Positions 59,548 to 64,000 of a DNA stretch of 64,000 bases are shown piece after piece. Position numbers and translations under genes: made by a program. The notes below the pieces were generated by a model, which was not told the DNA's origin, searched no databases, and worked only from the letters and a program-made list of their open reading frames with translations. Position 1 is the stretch's first letter, and each line of letters opens with the position of its first letter. Origin of the DNA: an uncultured delta proteobacterium (GTDB taxonomy: Bacteria > Myxococcota > Myxococcia > SLRQ01); NCBI GenBank assembly GCA_963727485.1, contig CAVSGM010000001.1:1120001-1184000 (forward strand). Direction: 5' to 3'.

Positions 59548-60768
59548 ATGCGGAAACGCTCGCCACTCCTGGTCGCATTCCTCACGGTGTTCATCGACCT
59601 GGTGGGCTTCGGGATCATCATCCCCCTCCAGCCCTTCTACGTGGACGCCGCCGGGGGATCCGGCGCCGCGGTGGGCGCCCTCTTCGCGGCCTACAGCTTC
59701 GCCCAGTTCCTCTTCGTGCCCATCTGGGGCCGGGTGAGCGATTGGGTGGGGCGGCGACCGGTGATCCTCCTGACCCTGGTGGGCACCGGGGTGAGCTTCC
59801 TGGTCTTCGCCGGGGCGATCCACAGCCTCTTCTGGCTCTTCGCCGCGCGGATCGCCGCGGGGATCTTCGGCGCCAACCTCGCCACCGCCCGGGCCTACGT
59901 CGCCGACGTGACGCCCCCCGAGGAGCGGGCGCGGGGGATGGGCCTCATCGGCGCGGCCTTCGGGATGGGCTTCGTCCTGGGGCCGGCCATCGGCGGCGCG
60001 CTGGCGCTTCTGGGGCCGGCCTGGCCGCCGGCGGTCGCCGGGGTGCTGGCCCTGGCCAACGCGGCGTTTGCCCTGGTGGCGCTCCCCGAGTCCCGGCCCG
60101 TGGAGGCCCGGGGGACGCCGGCGCCCTGGCGCTGGTTCGATCCCCAGGGGATGCGGGCGGCGCGGCGGCAGCCGGTCCTGGGCGTGCTCTTCCTCATCCT
60201 CTTCCTCGGGACCTTCGCCTTCTCCAACCTCGAGACCACCTTCTCCCTGCTCCTCCACCGCAACCTCCACTACGGCCGGAGCCAGGCGAGCCTCCTCTTC
60301 GTCTACATCGGCGTGATCTCGGCCATCGTGCAGGGGGGGCTCCTCGGGCGCCTGTCCCGGCGCTTCGGGCCGCCGCGCCTGATCGTGGCGGGGACGGCGC
60401 TCTTGGCGGTGGGACTGGCGGTGCTCCCCTGGACCTCGGCCCTGGGCGGCGTCCTGGGGCTCTGTGCCGGGGTGGCGGTGGGCAGCTCCCTGAACCGGCC
60501 GGCCATCAACGCCCTGGTGTCGATCCTCGCCGGCGAGGGGGCCCAGGGGGCGCTGCTGGGCACGGCGTCGAGCCTCTCGAGCCTGGCGCGGATGGTGGGG
60601 CCGGCCCTCGGCGGCGTGCTCTGGGACGTCGCCTGGCACCTGCCCTACGACGTCGGTGCCGGGGTGATGGCGGTCGCCTCCGTGATGGCGCTGGGGGTGG
60701 CGCCGCGGCTGATGACCCTCCACACCCGGGCCACCGCCGACCTTGCGTCCCCCACCGGCGACACGTAG
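59548..60768 (+). CDS. MFS transporter (TetA/DHA1-like)
   Basis: FIDLVGFGIIIP; GRVSDWVGRRPV motif A; GFVLGPAIGG motif C. Confidence 0.92.
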   Translation: MRKRSPLLVAFLTVFIDLVGFGIIIPLQPFYVDAAGGSGAAVGALFAAYSFAQFLFVPIWGRVSDWVGRRPVILLTLVGTGVSFLVFAGAIHSLFWLFAARIAAGIFGANLATARAYVADVTPPEERARGMGLIGAAFGMGFVLGPAIGGALALLGPAWPPAVAGVLALANAAFALVALPESRPVEARGTPAPWRWFDPQGMRAARRQPVLGVLFLILFLGTFAFSNLETTFSLLLHRNLHYGRSQASLLFVYIGVISAIVQGGLLGRLSRRFGPPRLIVAGTALLAVGLAVLPWTSALGGVLGLCAGVAVGSSLNRPAINALVSILAGEGAQGALLGTASSLSSLARMVGPALGGVLWDVAWHLPYDVGAGVMAVASVMALGVAPRLMTLHTRATADLASPTGDT

Positions 60769-60780
60769 CGTCGCCGGCCA

Positions 60781-62994
60781 ATGGCAGCGAAAACCGTCGA
60801 AGGCGTCATCCACAAGCACCCCAACGGCTTCGGCTTCCTCGACACGGGGCGGAAGACCGACGAGGACATCTACCTCGCCCGGGAGGAGCTGGTCGACGTC
60901 ATGGACGGGGACCGGCTCAAGGTCGAGGTCGTCCGGCGCCGGGGGCGGACCGCGGGCCAGCTCCTGGAGGTGCTCGGGCGCGGGCGGCGGCTGCTCCTCG
61001 GGACCTACAACGCCCGCCGGGGCAAGACCTTCGTCATGCCCCAGGACGCGTCGATCTCCCGGGTGGAGGTGACGCTGGCCTGCGACCGCAAGCCCAAGGA
61101 CGGCGACCTGGTGAAGGTGCGGCTGCTGGTGTGGCCCTCGGGCAAGCACTACGCCGAGGGCGAGGTGGTGCAGGTGCTGGGGCGGCCCGGGGACCCGATG
61201 TACGAGGTGCTCTCGGTGGCGTTCGCCAAGGGCTTCGCCGACGACTTCCCCGAGGACGTGGAGGCCGAGGCGGCGGCGGTGCCCGGCCACGTGGGGATCG
61301 CCGACGCCGCCGGGCGCCGGGACCTGCGGGGCCTGCCCCTGGTGACCATCGACGGGAAGGACGCCCGGGACTTCGACGACGCGGTCTTCGCCGAGCGCAT
61401 CCCCGGGGGGGGCTTCAGGCTGGTGGTGGCCATCGCCGACGTGGCCCACTACGTGCGCGCGGGGACGCCCCTCGATCGCGAGGCGGTGGCGCGGTCGACC
61501 AGCGTCTACATGCCGAACCTGGTGCTCCCGATGCTCCCGGAGAAGCTGTCCAACGGGATCTGCTCGCTGGTCCCCGACGAGGACCGGCTGTGCATGGTCG
61601 CCGACATGACGCTCACCGAGGACGCCAAGACGGTGAACACCGAGATCTACGAGGCGGTGATGCGCAGCCACGCCCGCCTCACCTACGACGAGGTGGCGTC
61701 GATGATGGGCGAGAGCGACGAGCCGGTGCCCGCCGCCCACGCCTTCTGGCACGACAAGCACCTCGACGTGGCGGTCACCCTCTCCAAGAAGCTCAACGCC
61801 CGTCGCCGGGATCGCGGCTCCATCGACCTCGACCTCCCCGAGCCCTACGTGGTGCTCGACGAGACCCACCGGCCGGTGGAGATCCGGAAGCGGGCGCGCA
61901 AGTGGGCCCACCGGCTCATCGAGGAGTTCATGCTCGCCGCCAACGAGGCGGTGGCCTACTTCTTCGACGTCCACGGCCTGCCGACCATCTACCGGGTCCA
62001 CGACGAGCCGGACACCGACAAGCTGGGGACCTTCGCGGCGATGGCGCGGGCGCACGGGTTCGCCCTGTCCATCGGCGACGACGTGAACCCCAAGGTGATC
62101 GGGGACTTCCTCAAGCGGCTGGAGGGGAACCCCGCCGAGCGCGCGCTCTCGCACCTGCTCTTGCGGTCGATGCAGCAGGCGCTCTACAGCGCCGACAACA
62201 TCGGGCACTTCGGGCTGGGCGCGACCCACTACCTCCACTTCACCTCGCCCATCCGCCGGTACCCCGACCTCATGGTGCACCGGCTGCTCAAGCGGCACTT
62301 CGCCCGGGCCGGGCGGGTGATGCGCGGGGCCGAGCGGGAGAAGCTCGAGCGGGACCTGGACGCGGTGGCGCTCCAGGCGAGCCAGCGGGAGCGGGCGGCG
62401 ATGGCCGCCGAGCGCGAGGTCGACGACTACTTCGGGTGCCTCTACATGGAGGACAAGGTCGGGGAGACCTTCGAGGCGGCGGTGACCGGGGTGACCGACT
62501 TCGGGCTCTTCGTGGAGCTGACCGAGCACTTCGTCCAGGGGCTGGTGAAGGCCGAGCACCTGGGGGACGGGTGGCAGCTCGACGAGAAGACGCTGCGGCT
62601 GGTGTTCGGGGACGGGCGGTCGTTCACCATGGGGGACCGGCTGGAGGTGGTGTGCGCCTCGGTGAACCTCTCGCGGCGGCAGATCGACTTCGAGCCGGTG
62701 ACGCGGTTCGAGGGGCGCGAGCGCGCGGCGCCGGCGGGGGGCGCCGGGAAGCTCAAGGATCGGGTGGCGCAGGAGCTGGCGCGGCGGGGGACGCGGGGCG
62801 GCGGCGGGCGGTCCGGTGGCGCGGGGCGGAAGGCTGGGGGCGGCGGGGGCTCGGGCAGGAAGTCCGGCGGCGGCGGCGGGGGCAAGCGGTCCGGCGGGGG
62901 TGGGCGCTCCGGGGGGCCGGGCAAGAAGTCCGGCGGCGGGAAGTCCGGCGGCGGTCGGAAGTCCGGCGGCGGCAAGAAGACCGGGCGCCGGTAG
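60781..62994 (+). CDS. rnr: Ribonuclease R
   Basis: HPNGFGF; TIDGKDARDFDDA; IEEFMLAAN; HFTSPIRRYPDL; S1 domain; basic tail. Confidence 0.95.
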   Translation: MAAKTVEGVIHKHPNGFGFLDTGRKTDEDIYLAREELVDVMDGDRLKVEVVRRRGRTAGQLLEVLGRGRRLLLGTYNARRGKTFVMPQDASISRVEVTLACDRKPKDGDLVKVRLLVWPSGKHYAEGEVVQVLGRPGDPMYEVLSVAFAKGFADDFPEDVEAEAAAVPGHVGIADAAGRRDLRGLPLVTIDGKDARDFDDAVFAERIPGGGFRLVVAIADVAHYVRAGTPLDREAVARSTSVYMPNLVLPMLPEKLSNGICSLVPDEDRLCMVADMTLTEDAKTVNTEIYEAVMRSHARLTYDEVASMMGESDEPVPAAHAFWHDKHLDVAVTLSKKLNARRRDRGSIDLDLPEPYVVLDETHRPVEIRKRARKWAHRLIEEFMLAANEAVAYFFDVHGLPTIYRVHDEPDTDKLGTFAAMARAHGFALSIGDDVNPKVIGDFLKRLEGNPAERALSHLLLRSMQQALYSADNIGHFGLGATHYLHFTSPIRRYPDLMVHRLLKRHFARAGRVMRGAEREKLERDLDAVALQASQRERAAMAAEREVDDYFGCLYMEDKVGETFEAAVTGVTDFGLFVELTEHFVQGLVKAEHLGDGWQLDEKTLRLVFGDGRSFTMGDRLEVVCASVNLSRRQIDFEPVTRFEGRERAAPAGGAGKLKDRVAQELARRGTRGGGGRSGGAGRKAGGGGGSGRKSGGGGGGKRSGGGGRSGGPGKKSGGGKSGGGRKSGGGKKTGRR

Positions 62995-63045
62995 GGGGCG
63001 TGTCAGGGGGGTGTGCGATCGTGTGGGGCCTCACGGGGGAGGACC

Positions 63046-64000
63046 ATGATCGACACGGGCGTGGCGCCGGGGGATGGCGCCGAGGAGTGGCAGCAGGTGG
63101 ACCGGGCGCTGCGCCAGCTGGCGCGGAGCCGGGCCCAGCGGGACTTCGAGGAGGGGCGGTGGCTCCTGGCGGCCCGGCGCACCGAGGTGCACCGGCACCT
63201 GGGGTACGCGAGCCTCCCCGAGTACGTGGAGCGGGTGCTCGGCTACGACGCGCGCACCACCCATGACCGGCTGCGGGTGGCCGAGGCCCTGGAGGTCCTG
63301 CCGGCGACCTCGGCGGCGCTGGAGGCCGGGGCGCTGCTCTTCTCGGCGGTGCGCGAGCTGACCCGGGTGGCCACGGTGGAGACCGAGGGGGCGTGGCTCG
63401 AGGCGGCCCGGGGGCGGACGGCGCGGCAGGTCCAGGGGATGGTCTCCGGGCGGCGGCCCGGGGACCTGCCCGGGGACCCGGTCGATCCGGCGTGGGCCAC
63501 CCGGGTGGTGCGCCTGTCCCTGCGGCCCGAGGCCCTGGCCCTCTACCGGGAGGCGGTGGCGCGGCTGCGGCGGGAGGTGGACCCGAGGCTCTCCGAGGAG
63601 GAGGCGCTGGTGGAGATGGCGCGCCGGGTGCTGGGGGGGCCGGGCGACAGCGGGCGCGCGCCCTACCAGGTGGCGGTGACCCGGTGCGACGACTGCGAGC
63701 GCGTGTGGCAGCGCGCCCGGGGCGAGGCGGTGGAGGTGTCGGCCGAGGTCGCCGAGCGGGCCCGGTGCGACGGGCAGGAGGTGCCGGACGGGCCCGGCGG
63801 CGGGCGGCGGGCGCGGCAGGCGGTGCCGCCGGCGGTGCGCCGGGGGGTGGTGCGCCGGGACGGCGGGCGCTGCCGGGTGCCCGGGTGCCGGAACGCCACC
63901 TGGCTCGAGGTCCATCACCTCCGGCCGGTCTCCGAGGGCGGGACCAACGACCCGGACGGGCTGGTGCTCCTCTGCGGGGCGCACCACCGGCTGCAGCACC
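63046..64000 (+). CDS. HNH endonuclease (DUF222-like), truncated by the window end
   Basis: GGAGG RBS and ATG 63046; frame open to the end; RRDGGRCRVPGCRN..WLEVHH...GG.N...L..LC..HHR..H. Missing from the ORF track because no stop falls in the window. Confidence 0.85.
   Translation, partial: MIDTGVAPGDGAEEWQQVDRALRQLARSRAQRDFEEGRWLLAARRTEVHRHLGYASLPEYVERVLGYDARTTHDRLRVAEALEVLPATSAALEAGALLFSAVRELTRVATVETEGAWLEAARGRTARQVQGMVSGRRPGDLPGDPVDPAWATRVVRLSLRPEALALYREAVARLRREVDPRLSEEEALVEMARRVLGGPGDSGRAPYQVAVTRCDDCERVWQRARGEAVEVSAEVAERARCDGQEVPDGPGGGRRARQAVPPAVRRGVVRRDGGRCRVPGCRNATWLEVHHLRPVSEGGTNDPDGLVLLCGAHHRLQH

Overview
Very GC-rich DNA from a myxobacterium-like organism (Myxococcota), judged from MYXO-CTERM tails, DGG-linker lipoproteins and Pkn kinases. 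Bases ~5.9-38.6 kb hold a divergent surface-machinery locus. The leftward arm is an Agl-Glt (gliding-motor-like) paralog operon: a VWA lipoprotein, TolQ/ExbB plus 2 ExbD, GltF-like, a Ser/Thr kinase apparently fused to a GltG-like TonB-C protein, an OM beta-barrel, GltC-like, a GltD/E-like TPR protein and an FHA-sigma54 activator. The rightward arm starts at a near-consensus sigma54 promoter and encodes Mts-like thrombospondin/VWA adhesins, a second kinase, a Tat-exported GMC dehydrogenase and an MtsA-like diheme beta-propeller. Downstream lie an OM barrel/lipase pair, a split-subunit Mrp Na+/H+ antiporter, a V/A-type ATPase with a Na+-binding K subunit, an MFS transporter, rnr and a truncated HNH gene. 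About 8 apparent frameshifts, probably sequencing errors, hide several true gene structures in the ORF track. Family names come from motif recognition only; no database search was run. No rRNA, tRNA or CRISPR array was seen.
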